DNA of 64,000 nucleotides, from positions 1 through 64,000 of the forward strand of contig MU619343.1 in the NCBI GenBank assembly GCA_025201805.1. Reading direction: 5' to 3'. This DNA is from Parasitella parasitica NRRL 2501. Taxonomy: Eukaryota; Fungi; Mucoromycota. The position numbers and the translations under genes were made by a program. Under the pieces are notes generated by a model. The model did not search any database and was not told where the DNA came from. It saw nothing but the letters and a program-made list of their open reading frames with translations. Shown here one piece after another: positions 1-14,466 of the stretch; position 1 is the stretch's first letter, and every line of letters begins with the position of its first letter.

Positions 1-94
1 GCTACGCTTGAACAAAATCAGTACCTGAGTACCGATTTTACACAGTCGTGGCTACGCTTGAACAAAATCAGTACCTGAGTACCGATTTTACACA
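1..94. repeat. 50-bp tandem duplication (one full unit plus 44 bp)
   Basis: GCTACGCTTGAACAAAATCAGTACCTGAGTACCGATTTTACACA occurs identically at 1 and 51; may continue upstream of the window. Confidence 0.95.
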
Positions 95-699
95 TATGAT
101 ATGAAAGAAAAACTTTCCCAAAAGACAAGAAGGAAAAAGAAAAAATTCTGAAAGTATTTGGAAAAAAAAATAGAGAGATTTAGAAACAGAGCAAAGAGAC
201 ATTAACGCAATACATGAGAGCGATTTCCTCAACTTGATTGTTATCCGTCGACGCAAACGGTTGCAATCCACAGAGTTTTGATTTTTTTCATAATCAGAAG
301 CCGCTGACTGTCGAAAAGCACGCAAAATTGACTCATCAAAGCTTCGTCGAGGGCAATCATTGGATTTATCAGAGATAGTAACTACTTTTGCGGTACGCAT
401 TTCAATGATTGCAGTGGTACTATCTTCAATTTCGCTTTCGCCTGATGGATCATCTTTATTCAAAACATCAAAAAGTTTAATTTGAAAGAGCTGGCAAATT
501 GTATTCGTTTCTCCTTACCATATTCACTACATTTCCCATCAAAGCGAGCAAAATGACTACGAGCCTAAACCAAGATGAAAAAAGAAATGAATAACATTAA
601 AGAAAACGTAAAGAAAAATAGTACACACCTTGACCATCTGTGTATTTCGCTGTAATAGAAAGTGTATGATATCATAAAGTCTCTGTTTCAAATCAAGAA

Positions 700-1023
700 G
701 CTTATCTGTAACACAGATCTGTATGATTGACAAACAATAAGGTACAGTCAGATCAAAGATCAATAGCCTTGTAGTATAATAATACATCGTACCCTGTTAA
801 GAATATGATATTGCTTGCAAATTACTCTTATCGATTAGTATCGACTCGTATTTTGAATAAGTCACCAAAAATTTATGTAGTTGTAAAAAGTATAAATAGC
901 AGATGCAAAGTTGAATCTTTAATAAAGTAATCTCAAGTTTTCGTATCTCGTTAATTCAAGGTTTTATTTTATACTTTTCTTATTTTCGGTCTCGCAGATC
1001 TCAAAAAACCAAATATCTTACCA
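700..1023 (+). mobile_element. Degenerate solo-LTR-like repeat, family A, copy 1
   Basis: Collinear similarity to 17280-17530 (ACACAGATCTG, ACATCGTACCCT, AATTTATGTAGYTGTAAAAAGTATAAATAGCAGATGCAA, AAGTTTTCGTATCTCGTTAA); TATA box followed by AATAAA; ends approximate, no TSD found. Confidence 0.7.
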
Positions 1024-1189
1024 AAGAACAGATGTGATGAAAGGTCAGCAGGAAAGATAGGGTGCATTTTCGATTGTCACATGATGCCAATATTCTTTGA
1101 ATTTATCTTTACGATTGAATATCTTTTAACATTGGTTACAAATGAATGGGATGAACTAGAAACAAATTAAATAAAGGTTGTAGTACATT

Positions 1190-1575
1190 ATTGCTTTTCT
1201 TTTTTTCTTGACTTAGCATAATCAATAAAGTATATCTTCCACATAAACACCACCTTCAAGCTTCCATTTCTTCGAGTCAGCCAGTTTGTTGAAAATGACA
1301 GATAAAGCTTCATAACTAGTAGGGCTTAAGTTTTTTTTTTATAATATTAGTACTACTGCTAGAACTGGATATTTCTTTTGTTGGAGTAGTTGGGATGTCC
1401 GAGTCGCTGGGTTTTCTTTTTCCATAAGAAGTTGCTGCTGCTCATTTGTTTTGTTACAAAAGAGGAGAATCGAAAGACGTAGTGAGGTACACCTAAGACA
1501 ATGGTATGAGCCTGTATTCTTAGTTTGGAGGACTCTTGCGTCTTTTCAACACACTCATGGTGATGACTTGTTGTC
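1190..1575 (-). pseudogene. Decayed fragment of a multicopy early-diverging-fungal hypothetical (putative nuclease/transposon-associated) gene family
   Basis: Minus strand reads YEALSVIFNKLADSKKWKLEGG, then VEDILY after a frameshift, resembling the KKWxLxxG..VEDxLY motif; several in-frame stops upstream. Confidence 0.4.
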
Positions 1576-1577
1576 GT

Positions 1578-1824
1578 TGTTATATCAATAACATGGCAAG
1601 GTTTCACAGCAGAGTCTCAGATCAATCCCAGGGCATGATTAACATCATGCAGTTAGACAGTAGAATCCTAGTGTAATGGATGTGTATATATTACATCGAG
1701 AGATGTATCATGAATACAAGGGTAGGTTTATTTTGTCAGAATTTTGAATTAATAGTCGTCATTAAAGTAAATAAATCCATTATCCTCTACTTGTTTATTT
1801 GATTCTTTACGTTCTCAGTTTACA
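1578..1824. mobile_element. Degenerate LTR-like repeat, family B, copy 1
   Basis: 1578-1697 matches 17841-17983 (TGTTATATCAATAACATGGCAAGG ... TGCAGTTAGACAGTAGAATCCTAGTGTAAT); begins TG, possible end TTTACA at 1824. Confidence 0.7.
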
Positions 1825-2109
1825 ATTTGGGACATCTACCCTGTTCTGCTTATCAAGTAGTGCCTTTCTTTGATGTAGCTCATCGGGCTAGAATTGAGGC
1901 ATCAAACGAAGAAAAAAAAAAGCTATCGGCACTCATGATCGATTAAGCCTCCCCAATAAACCATGCATCGATTGTTTCAACTTTGATGTTTATTTTTTAG
2001 GCAAATTGACAAACTGCACTTTAACAAAAGATTTCATTAAAATAGCATAGTCGAGTGAGAGAGGGAAAAGCGGTTGACTCATCATTACAAGACTGAACCA
2101 GGCTTTTTA

Positions 2110-2505
2110 TTAACCAAGACGACGCTTCAGAAATGCCTGTCGTAAAATGGAGTTTGCAGCTGAATATTCATCACTTATTTCTTCCATGTCCATATCCTGA
2201 TCTTGGTCCTCCCACCAGCTTTCTCGGGCTTCGGGATCGCCAAATCGCAGCACATGTAAATTATGCAACATGCCATTCACACGGCTGTAATCTGGGTGTG
2301 GCGTCAGTGGTATATTGCTCTCGGTTTTTGTGGAGATAGAAATTGATTTAATAGAAGCGAGTGGCGATGTTGATGTATTGGTGGGGTATAATGAGTTGGC
2401 TGCAGGAGCAGTTGTGTGTACCAATTGACTAGATGGAGATAATGGACGTGCGCTGGCTAGCAAAGTGGGTTCACTAGATACAGATCTAAAAATGACAGTT
2501 AGCAT
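2110..2505 (-). CDS. Small hypothetical protein (131 aa) with two YxxxNxxL helices
   Basis: Single ORF, likely start MLTVIFRS at 2505; S/T/P-rich middle; C-terminus DYSRVNGMLHNLHVLR ... EYSAANSILRQAFLKR. Confidence 0.65.
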   Translation of the reverse strand: MLTVIFRSVSSEPTLLASARPLSPSSQLVHTTAPAANSLYPTNTSTSPLASIKSISISTKTESNIPLTPHPDYSRVNGMLHNLHVLRFGDPEARESWWEDQDQDMDMEEISDEYSAANSILRQAFLKRRLG

Positions 2506-3851
2506 TGCTTGGGTGTTAAATATAACATGCACATGCATACGCTGGTGAGTCATGGAACGGTTTTGATCGCTTAAATGCATTTTCTAGTGACTCTGTCGAA
2601 CGTGTTCTCTTTAAATTTTTATTGTTGGGCATATTGTGAGTGGCAACAAGCGAGGATAAAAGAGGGGTATTCCAATACAAATGTGACATTAATATCCTTG
2701 TTGATAGTGTTCTTAGTTTTGGTTAAAAAGGAGAGGAATTGGGTTGATTTGATATAGTATTGATATATGGAAAAAAGCAGATTATAAAGGTTTTCGCTGT
2801 GCAATCAAACGTTTGGTAGAAAACCCTTTCTCGTGACTGTCCGATCACCATTACGCACCCTTTTTGTCGTATCTCTTATGTTCATATATTAGTAATCAAT
2901 CACAAAAATACTAAACTATATAGTCAATAGGGATTGAGAACGAGGAATATGCTTTCATAATTTATTTTTCATGCATTATATGTAGTAAAAAATTGGAAAC
3001 TAACTATAATATAATTATAACTATCCCAGTTTTTGCGTAAGAAGCAAGAGTAATCTGTTGAATTGTCAGTGTGATTGAAAAAGGGACATAGCAATTTTAA
3101 AAGAGCGCCACCAGCCTGGTATTGAAGCACGTAGAAGGAAAACGCATAAATGACATTCTAAAGTTATTTGAAGCAGTACGAAAATGGTATCAAAACACTC
3201 AATAAAGATAAATGTATCTTTTGGTACCGTATCCAGCATGTTTGTGTCAAGTTTTTGTAGTTTTTTAAATTGGTGAAGGGTGAGTTACGACCATTTTCTA
3301 CGGTTTTCAGTGAAAGTTTTTTTCAAAATCAGAGCGTGCATTATCTAAGACGGCTACAGATACAAAGATACCATCTTTGGAAAGAGAAGGACCAGGAAAA
3401 TTTAGCCAACTTTTTAGAATAACTTTATCATTGATATTGTGGTATTCACAGCTTTGTGAAGTTATCCTTTTTTCTCAAAAAACACAAGAAAACGTTTCTT
3501 TTTTAGAATACTGAGTTTAAATTTTTACACAGTTATTTTTAACCTTGGAAGCAAAATTTGAAGCCTTTCAATACATGAAAAGTGTTCCACATCGTATGAA
3601 ACTCCTGGATAGTTAAAGCTGCTAAAGAATGTACTTTTTAGTTTGGCAATGAATTAAATACTTGAGCAGGTTCCTATATCATTTTTCAATGGATTGAAAT
3701 TGCGTTTTGAGATATTCAAATTATAATTTTTTATTTTTCTTTTCTACATGTCTAAATGAGACAAAAAGAAAAAAGAGCTAGTCGTTGCTAAATGTAGAGA
3801 TAAAACAAAAAAAGAAAAGAGAGAAATGTATACATTATATTGCACAGTTAT

Positions 3852-5679
<1,828 letters not shown>

Positions 5680-6171
5680 TTTATATGTGAAAAATGAGGG
5701 GGCAAGCGGGAGAAAAATCTGGAAAATAACAAAAAAAAAAAGTGGATCATTTATATATTGGGGAAGTTAATTTTGGGTGTACAAACATCACCAATGTTAT
5801 TTGCTACGTCACTATAGATTGGGGGCTTCTTCAAACATGTACTCATGGACAACGACTGTGATTTGGCCGCAGCTTATGTATTTGTAATCCAAATCAGGTG
5901 TTTTTTAAGAATTAGACACTTTTTTTTTTCGTATTTAAAAGTAATTGGAGTTTTATCCGAGAAATCAGAGAATAACATCATTAATTCAAAGCGATACCTT
6001 CTATATATCTTTTGCCTTTTTATAAAAATAATAAAAAAAGGGATTCTAGAAATTTGTAAACATGGAAAAAAGAAATGGCTGATTTAAGTTTCAGCCAAAT
6101 ACAAAAAATGAAATATAAAATAGGGAAACAGAACCCTTTATTGATTTTAATTATACACTTTTTCTATAAAA

Positions 6172-7344
6172 ATGACTTTAAAGCCCATCTTCTTTTTTGA
6201 TTGTGATAACTGCCTTTATGTAAATATTTAATTGTGTTACAAAAAAATAGTTCAAGTACTGATTGTATACGTTTGATGTAGAGTAAAAACCTCAATGTTT
6301 TATCCTTGATGAGACAAAAGTTGGTATGATGTAAAAACAGGGTTGTCATGGTTACTCATTGTGAATTTAGAATCCAGGAATACTTTGTTAATGAAATTGG
6401 CATTCCTGAAGATCAAGGTATGTATATCTTTAGTCATCATTAGTTGTATTGTTGTTTGATTATAATCCGTATGGTAGTTGTTTCATTACAACGACATTAT
6501 CAAAAGACGTATGGCTTGTCTCTAAGGGGCCTTCAAAAACATTATGATGTCGATCCTCTCGATTATGGTGAGCACTGTAAAATGTTTTCTATCATGGGTT
6601 TGCATATTGATACATCAGTTTCTCTTTCAAGATCTCAAAGTGGATCAAGCTCTGCCATTAGATGGCTTAATCACAAGTGATGAGGAATTGATCAAAATGT
6701 TACAAGGACTCAATTGCAAAAAATGGGTTTTTACAAATGCTTATAGACCTGTAAGCAAAATTAACCGAGTTTATTAAATTAAAAGACTAATAGATAACTA
6801 CATATTTAGCATGCTCTCAGATGTCTCCAACTACTAGGCGTTGAAAATGAGTTTGACGGTAGAGAAATACCAAACTCCTTTCAATGAAACCTTGTTACTG
6901 ACTCACAATTTTAGGCTTAACATATACAAATTATTTAGAGCCTGGATTCAACTGCAAGCCAGGTAAGCCAATAAATGCGTCAATAGACTTTCATACTAAT
7001 AGCTTGCAATAGAAACTGCCTCTTTTTTGAGAGCCATGGAAGATGCTGGAGCTACTGATCCCAAGCAATGTTACTTTGTTGATGACTCTGCTCAAAATAT
7101 TGATGCTGCTCAGGTTAGCCAACTTCTACTTAATATATAGCTAATAGCAAAACTGACTAACTTGGGATAGAAATTGGGCTGGACCACTGTTCATCTTGCT
7201 GATGATGCTTCAAAATCAAATCATGGCGATTATCAAATTGAAAACATTCATGATTTACCTAAAATTTTGCCGGAATTATGGGAGCCAGTCGCACATAATA
7301 TAAAACTTAGAAGGCAATCTCTTGGAATTACAACTGCTGCATAA
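6172..7344 (+). CDS. SDT1: HAD-family pyrimidine 5'-nucleotidase (SDT1/PHM8-like); many short exons
   Basis: MTLKPIFFFDCDNCLY (DxD motif), YQKTYGLSLRGL, KWVFTNA, CKP, CYFVDDSAQNIDAA, LGWTTVH across spliced exons. Confidence 0.85.
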
Positions 7345-7808
7345 AACTATTCATAATCTGCTATCCTATCAGAATAAACTCATTTAAAAACCTTAATCAT
7401 CACCGATATTCAGGTCCCAGAAAGAACCCACAATCCAGAGCCAACTGTCAAAAAAAAGATGCCAATAACCTTGAACCTTACATTAACCCTCAATAACTAC
7501 GTTATCCAAGTTTTTCTGACCCTTTTTACATGAAAAAAAGAATACCAAAAATTATTACATATTCATCTGATGCCAATGGTTTTAGTATTTTTTGTGCTAT
7601 AGAAGCTTATTCCAAGTTGTTAAACGAGTTTAATTATCATATAATGTAGTTTAGTTTTTAACATTACAGACTATTCTTAACTATTTACGCTGAAGCAAAG
7701 AGTAGAAATCAAGACTTTCTCTTGCAGCCACTACCGCGACGCACCATCGTATATAAATAAACCCATACATCAATATTCATAATAGGTAAAATTCATTATT
7801 TTAATGAA

Positions 7809-8258
7809 CTAATTCCATCCTATAGGCAACGAACATAGTCTCCAGTCATCATATTTCTTTAGTACATATCCAGATGGCGTTGTGGTATTCCCATTGTCAA
7901 GACACCACTCTGAAGTGAAATCTTCCCAGGTTGTATCATCCATATCGTTCAGCTTCACATAGGTCTTTCCTTCATCAATGTAATGAGTTTCATATTCTTC
8001 TTGATACATGTACTTTTTGATGATATCAATGACCTCGTCGATTTTCAGGTTGCAATTGTAATCGATAGCAACAAGTATTTTTTTTTCTTCTTTTTGCTCT
8101 ATAGATGGCATTTGGGTTATGCAAATAGATTAGTTTCTGTAAGAGTAAGAATAATGTGGATTTAAATAATACAGCAAAGACATACCCGCCGCAGTCCACT
8201 TCTCTCCTGTTCTGGATGATTGACGTTCCACAGACTGCGGCAAGGTACGCAACTCCAT
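7809..8258 (-). CDS. Small acidic hypothetical protein, probably two exons
   Basis: 100-aa ORF 7809-8111 with protein-like composition; possible upstream exon MELRTLPQSVERQSSRTGEKWTAA ending at a GTATGT donor, splicing in frame to ..TATAG|AGCAAAAAG. Confidence 0.45.
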
Positions 8259-9140
8259 ATAAACATGAATTAATAATGATGCACGAAAGGCAAGGTATAA
8301 AATGCTTGAATTATTTGTTATAAAGTGAATTTTTAAAAGCTGAAAAAAGCTGCTATAATGATCTGACGGTATGTAAATATAACCATGGTTGCGTATTATT
8401 AGAGTTCTATATACATATTTAACTTCTGGGGCAAAACTAATTTACCTGTAATTACTGATTGCATTTGGACTTATTTACTATCTAGAGATACCTGATCAAT
8501 TCCATCGGTTTTTGGAGCTGATTCTATATGGACAGCCAAATACAAGTGATTTTTTTGGACGTCGTTTTGAGCATGGAGTGGTTGCTATTTGGCATCAAAG
8601 CAGCCAATGTGGCGATTGGAATATTCATATCCGCTGTTTGTTTTGGATATATATTAGATAGCATTACTGTATGTCTCACCTAAAAAACAAAGTTTTGTCT
8701 AGATTTTGAATTTGTGCCATTTATGACACCATGTGCAATCTATAAAGTAATCCTAGCGCCGTTGAATGAAGGCACACATTTGAATATGACGCCTCCGTGA
8801 TCGTATTATCTTCATTGATATTGACGTTTTACTTGAGCAAAATATTATCTCTTGGCTTTTATTAGTTAAAAATAGCATAGGTGATTCATCCAAAAAAAAA
8901 AAAACACTTTTCTGCAAACGTTTATCTAAAAACTAGATTTATTTGATAAAAGATACCAACTATATATGCTGTAGCAAACCAAAGCGCTATATTGTATAAG
9001 CAATAAATAGTCAGGTGCGTCTAAATGAAAGCATTAAATAGTATATGTAGAGTATAGATATAAAAATGCGGTTTTGTATATACAAATGAGGGGAAAAAGA
9101 GAGTTTACATATGATATCAGAGGTTCCAAAGATAAACCTA

Positions 9141-10781
9141 CTAGTAGTGTGTCAAACCAGCCTTTGCAAACATCTTGGCAGCGGCATGTGTAGCTGCCGA
9201 AGAAAAACCACCGACCACCGAGTGTCTAGAATTTTCATCAGTTGGTTCTGGAGGTGGTGTTGCAGGCTCAACAGGTGGAGAGGTAAAAGGCGGTTGATCT
9301 GTGATTTCTGATGTTACAGATGATGTTGTAGGTCTGGACGTTGAATCACTTGGAGCAGCGGAACCATTGTAATCTGGTGTACGAGGTAAACTCTCCAGAG
9401 ATGTGTTGTAGCTAGGAGGTTCTTCAACAGCGTCATAAGATGGAGGAGGTGCGGGCCTTTCAGTCCATGTATGTTCTCTTGATGTCACAACTAAAGGTAC
9501 CTCAAGCGTGCATAATGTCAAACGAGGTTCATTAGAATCTTTGTGATGCCTGCTGTGCATTTTACTACGACGCAAGCTCTTAACAGTGGGAATAGATGTC
9601 ATGCTACTGTTACCAGCAAGTTCCTCAACGCTATTGTTATGAGATCTGCCTATGGAAAAGATGGAAGCCAACGAGGACGCAGAGGAGGTTCGACTCAGAG
9701 TAGGTCGACTGGAAGGTGAGTTGGGTGAAGAGTTGGGTGGGGTGCTGGTTGGGCTTTCCATCGCATGCTTAACTTCTGAGCTCTGTCCTCCCGCACGGTC
9801 ATCTTCTGATAGCCATTCAGACTCGGTTGCCTCTGTCTCATACGACGACTCGTCGTCTGGTTCATCTAAAGTGTCCTCCACCATAATGTTTACAACCAAA
9901 GCATGAGTTACTTTCATTAAACGACTGTTCAAATCGGCATTCACTCTTGGACACAAACGGAACAGGGCATTGTAATCCGCCTTTGCTTTGGGGTCATAGT
10001 CAGGGGATTGGTTAGGGTAAAATGTGCTGTAGCCAAGCGGAAAGAGGTTGTCTGTTTTACTGAGCATAGTGTGGGCATGGCCATCTGTTGTACGGTATTG
10101 TATGCGCTCCCGCAGCGCACATGTCACTGTTCTCACTGACTGCGTTTCTGGGCGGATGAGTTGCATGGTCAGATTGAGACGGATCAGTCCCCCTTCTCGA
10201 TAAGAAATGCTGGGAGCAGTGGCCGTGTAGTGCAGTTTGTTGGTGTGATGTCTGCCTTCGTAGCTTTCACGTAATTCGGCCATAGAAGTTTGATCGTTCA
10301 GCAAGCAGCGCTTGATTGGAATGTCTCTGGACACTTGAATGTCATTTGCAAACATCGGGCGATAGATAGCTGCCTGCAATCTATAGCGCACATAGCCTCT
10401 TTTGCCGCGGAAGCTTGCGGGAAGGCTAGCAGGCAAGTCAAAGCTAAATGGATAAATGTACTGCCCTGGGGTTAAAACATGAGTTTGCCCATCGTCGCCC
10501 AAGAAATGATGATCTCTCGAGTAGAGCGTTCGGCTTTCTGTTCCTTCTGTATTGGAGACGCTGTAGCCACTTCCCTTGAGCGTAACTTTGATTCTACCTT
10601 CCATCCAAACAATGAACCTTCGTATTTTGATTGGCTTATTGACCTTGACGATGCAGTTTCCCTTAACTGTGCAGCCTTCAGACTCATCGTGAGCTACGCC
10701 TCTCAGCACGCCTGTGAATGAAGGATCTAGTCCCAAGATGATTGTTGCATCTTCCTTATTTGATCCTTTTAAATGAGGCAT
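9141..10781 (-). CDS. Alpha-arrestin (ART-type Rsp5/Nedd4 adaptor)
   Basis: Arrestin-N signature GQYIYPFSFDLPASLPASFRGKRGYVRYRLQA, arrestin-C region, two PPSY motifs in tail; intronless 546 aa. Confidence 0.9.
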   Translation of the reverse strand: MPHLKGSNKEDATIILGLDPSFTGVLRGVAHDESEGCTVKGNCIVKVNKPIKIRRFIVWMEGRIKVTLKGSGYSVSNTEGTESRTLYSRDHHFLGDDGQTHVLTPGQYIYPFSFDLPASLPASFRGKRGYVRYRLQAAIYRPMFANDIQVSRDIPIKRCLLNDQTSMAELRESYEGRHHTNKLHYTATAPSISYREGGLIRLNLTMQLIRPETQSVRTVTCALRERIQYRTTDGHAHTMLSKTDNLFPLGYSTFYPNQSPDYDPKAKADYNALFRLCPRVNADLNSRLMKVTHALVVNIMVEDTLDEPDDESSYETEATESEWLSEDDRAGGQSSEVKHAMESPTSTPPNSSPNSPSSRPTLSRTSSASSLASIFSIGRSHNNSVEELAGNSSMTSIPTVKSLRRSKMHSRHHKDSNEPRLTLCTLEVPLVVTSREHTWTERPAPPPSYDAVEEPPSYNTSLESLPRTPDYNGSAAPSDSTSRPTTSSVTSEITDQPPFTSPPVEPATPPPEPTDENSRHSVVGGFSSAATHAAAKMFAKAGLTHY

Positions 10782-11222
10782 TTCTTGTTGTTTTAGGTTT
10801 GTGTTGAATATAGAAAGAAGGTAAATCAGAAAGCCGAAAATTTTTTACATATTTATAATAATCCACAAAAATGAGAGATAACAAGATAGACCAATGTAAA
10901 TTACTTGCCTTGTTTCGGATTCTAACGCAATCGCCGTTAACAAAAATGGCTATCGTATTTTTACAATTGACCTGCATTTGACCGCCGCTTCCCGTTCGCT
11001 TTTAATTTAAATCCTTGCTTACACACTCAAGCAACCAGGAGCATGGAATTCGCGCCGTGGTTACATTAGATATTCATTCGCAGATAGTTAGGCTGAAGCA
11101 TAGAAGATGTGCGTAGATAAGTGGGAATGATAAACTTTGTTTATTTGTAAAATTTAGCATAACTGCCAGGATTATGTAAGTCGACGGGAAAAGCTTGAAA
11201 TTTGGGCCTTTTTTTATTGTTA

Positions 11223-13881
11223 TTATTGTTCTTGTTTAACCTTCAGATAATCGTCTACTTGTTCGATCAGGTCCTTTTTCAACTTTTTTGGGTGTAAATT
11301 GACTGAAGTCAAGAATTCTTTGAGCGAAGGATTGGTGACCTATGTGACGCAATGGAGTGATCAATAGATTATTCCAGATAGTAAGAAAAGCACGTTTACC
11401 CTATCCAATGATCCATTTGCCCAATGTTCAGCAACTGTCATTTCTTTGAGTTTCTTTGACGATTGGCTATCATCTGGTGGGGGATTGGCTGCCTAAAAAG
11501 GAGTTGGGATCAGTCAAATCGTATATATTCACTCAAGAGCTTTCCTACTCTCTTTTTGGCTTGCATTGATACTTGATTATCTATGATATCTTCTTTGCCA
11601 AGTGTATCTAGACCAACCGCGCCTTTAAAGGCGTCGATTACATCGGAAAGTTCCTTTTGAAGCACGCAAAAAGATTAGACCCTTATTTCAGTGTAACACA
11701 GATAAAAAAAAACATACTGCTTCAATGTAGTCATAATTGGGAATAGTGGTGTCAATAACTTCCTCAGGATCTGTATCGAGCGCTGCTCTCTGAATCATGT
11801 TTTTGTGATTGACAAGATCTATAGCCAAGTTAGAGACACTATTCAATCACGAATAAATGTAAAGTACTTGCATGGATTGTGATATCGCAATGGATCGTAT
11901 CCGTCTTCGATTTTCATCTTGTGGATGATCGGTTTAAAAACATCAGCGCCTGCTTGAAAGCCTAGCGATAACCCATCAGAACATATGATAGATACGCTTA
12001 TCAATTCTAAGCTTACCTTGGGGCTCCGTGTGTGATGGGACCTGGCGGATTTCATCAGCATATGGCAAAATGATTAATTGGAAACCAGGCGGGTCAATCT
12101 GATTGCCCATTGAATCAGTTTTCTCTGGCTTCAAATCAAAATAGATTATTATAAATCAAACAATGCCGTGTCCACAAGCAGACTTACCTGGGGTAAAAGA
12201 ACAACCAATCTAGGAATTGTGTTGACTCTTCTTACAAATGAGCAAACTGCCAATTTTCCTTTGACAAGCATTCTGTTCATCAGTAGAAAAAACCCGTTTT
12301 TGCTTCCTCTGAATTGCTAATAAATCATAAATATCAGCTAAACTATCATCGTGATATCTCGGAATACTTTACGGATTCGTCGGGATAGATAAAATATGGA
12401 TGTGTAACTTGATAGTGCGATTTTAACCAGTTGACATCCCTGAATCCCAAATTTAAAAGACCTGGTTTGTTCACTTCCATAATTTGCGCTATCTCGTCGT
12501 CCGAAAACACAACATCTTCGCCGCCATAAGAATATGCTTTTTTTATGTCAATCGGGGTGAGATATTCATTCGTGTCCTACCCCCACCATAGATCAGCTTC
12601 AAAGATTTCATTTCATCATCTAGGCGATCCCTCTTACCACACATTTCCATCGAGTGATGGTTTTGACTTCCCGTGTCTGTTCGCCCTCGGCAAAATAGTA
12701 TTTGGGGGTCCCAATTTTTTGTGAAAGGACCATATTGTAGCTATTTGCATGTAAAATCAGCGACATGGGCCATCATCTACCATAAAGGATGCTGCTTACC
12801 CTCGGATACCAACCGTCAGTCCAGGACCAACCTCAAAGGGCAGTCTGAATTCAGATCTTGCGCTGGTTTGAAAGGTTTTGATCTTGTCAAACAAATCATA
12901 CAAATTGCCTGTGGAGGACATGATCTTTTCGTTGAACTCATCCTTTTCTTCGTCGCTGTTTTCAGAGTCTGGAAATATAACAATGTCCTTGTAGAACAGA
13001 TATCGGTCAAAAGGATTATCCGGCTGATCCAAACCAAACAGTATAATTTCGCTGCCACTGTTCTTTAAATCTTTTGCTCGTTGAATTGCTGTTTTGCGAT
13101 AGTTAGCATTGCCGCTTGTTGGATCATCGTTGTTTGTGATGATAATGAGCCGTTTGATGGACAGTTTGATATTGACGCTACAGGGCAATGTCAGTTGATG
13201 AATGAACCTTTTTTTTTTTTTTTTTTTTTNNNNNNNNNNNNNNNNNNNNNNNNNCAGTAATCCTTACTTTGCAAAGATATCTGAGCAGACCCACAAGAGA
13301 TCACTAAATGGGAAGGTGATATCTGATGACCCATACTTATCTTTGATCAATTTTGTATCTATAAGAATAATATACTGAGTCTCTTTGTGTACAACATATC
13401 GTCCCAGTCTCTTACTGTTGATTAGAAGGTCCAGCTCCTTTATACGAGGTGCATCAATAACATCTAATTGCTGTAGTATATATATGTGATCTTTATCTTG
13501 CATGTTGTTCTTCTCGGTCTAGGAGTAGGTTAGTTACTGTTCTCTCCTGAACACATACATATCAGAAAACTTACTGTGCCAAATAAGACAATGCCAACTT
13601 GATCATTCGGCCTCGTATTAATCCTATCCAACGTTTTTGATCGAATACTTTTGAGGGTTACTATTAAAGGAGTGTCTCCCTGCTCGTCTACTTCCATCAT
13701 AGTAGCTCTGCAATCAATGGCGTAGATTGTGAGCTCTTTCATATTGAACTCTTCCTAGATTATACCGTCTTTATTAGCGCGCGCATCTTTTGGCAAAATC
13801 TAATTCAAATCTTACAGTTTCAGTATAGACCTCTTCATCTTCATCTCCAAATGAGACACTGTTATTATACTCATAAGACAT
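11223..13881 (-). CDS. KU70: Ku70 NHEJ DNA end-binding subunit; multi-exon, N-gap in an intron
   Basis: vWA (TIYAIDCRATM, DQVGIVLFGT, RLIIITNNDDP), beta-barrel (PPGFQLIILPYADEIR, YDPLRYHNP) and C-terminal SAP domain (LKEFLTSVNLHPKKLKKDLIEQV). Confidence 0.93.
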
Positions 13882-14148
13882 ATTTCAAGTATTTTTGATT
13901 GACAAAAAGAAAAGCAAAAAAGTGTCGTGCTGAAGTACAGTTAATGCTAATCATTATCACAAGATAGATTAAATGCCAGCGAGAAGCAGGATTTAAGGTT
14001 GACGTCAATTATCAGTTGATAACTCGACACTCAAGAATTATGATACAAAACAAAACAATAAGTATTTTATTGATTCAGAGCGTGAATCCATTGGAGAATA
14101 TAAAGAAGAGAAGGGAGAGGGGTATTTTTTTCAAGCGATTAAAATAAA

Positions 14149-14466
14149 TCAAAAGGTTGGATACTCTTCAGGATCAAACCACGGACCATCTGGATCTTGA
14201 GGAGCGGCCAAGTTTTGTAATTGCCATAGCAACAGCATCACCGTCGCTGAAACAGTTGCAGCAACGAATACAGCAGCAGTCGTTGTTTGCAAGAATGGTG
14301 AATGCTGTCGTATATATCGTTTTACTGCATACGAAATTTTCGCTGACTGACTCTGCGGTTGCGGTTGTTCTACTGAATAAGATGATTGTGATGGTATACT
14401 TTGATATAATGATTCATATGAAGGCGGATCTTTTGGTATTAGATATTGTGTTGTAGACGAAGACAT
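14149..14466 (-). CDS. Small single-pass membrane protein with N-terminal PPSY motif
   Basis: Likely start MSSSTTQYLIPKDPPSYESLY at 14466; hydrophobic AAVFVAATVSATVMLLLW segment; 105 aa. Confidence 0.65.
   Translation of the reverse strand: MSSSTTQYLIPKDPPSYESLYQSIPSQSSYSVEQPQPQSQSAKISYAVKRYIRQHSPFLQTTTAAVFVAATVSATVMLLLWQLQNLAAPQDPDGPWFDPEEYPTF

Noticed and set aside
68-463. 131-aa minus-strand ORF
   Set aside because: Non-ATG start, low-complexity tail running into the tandem repeat, no recognisable family
13230-13254. N runs here and at 56801-56810
   Set aside because: Assembly gaps next to T-rich tracts, not biological features
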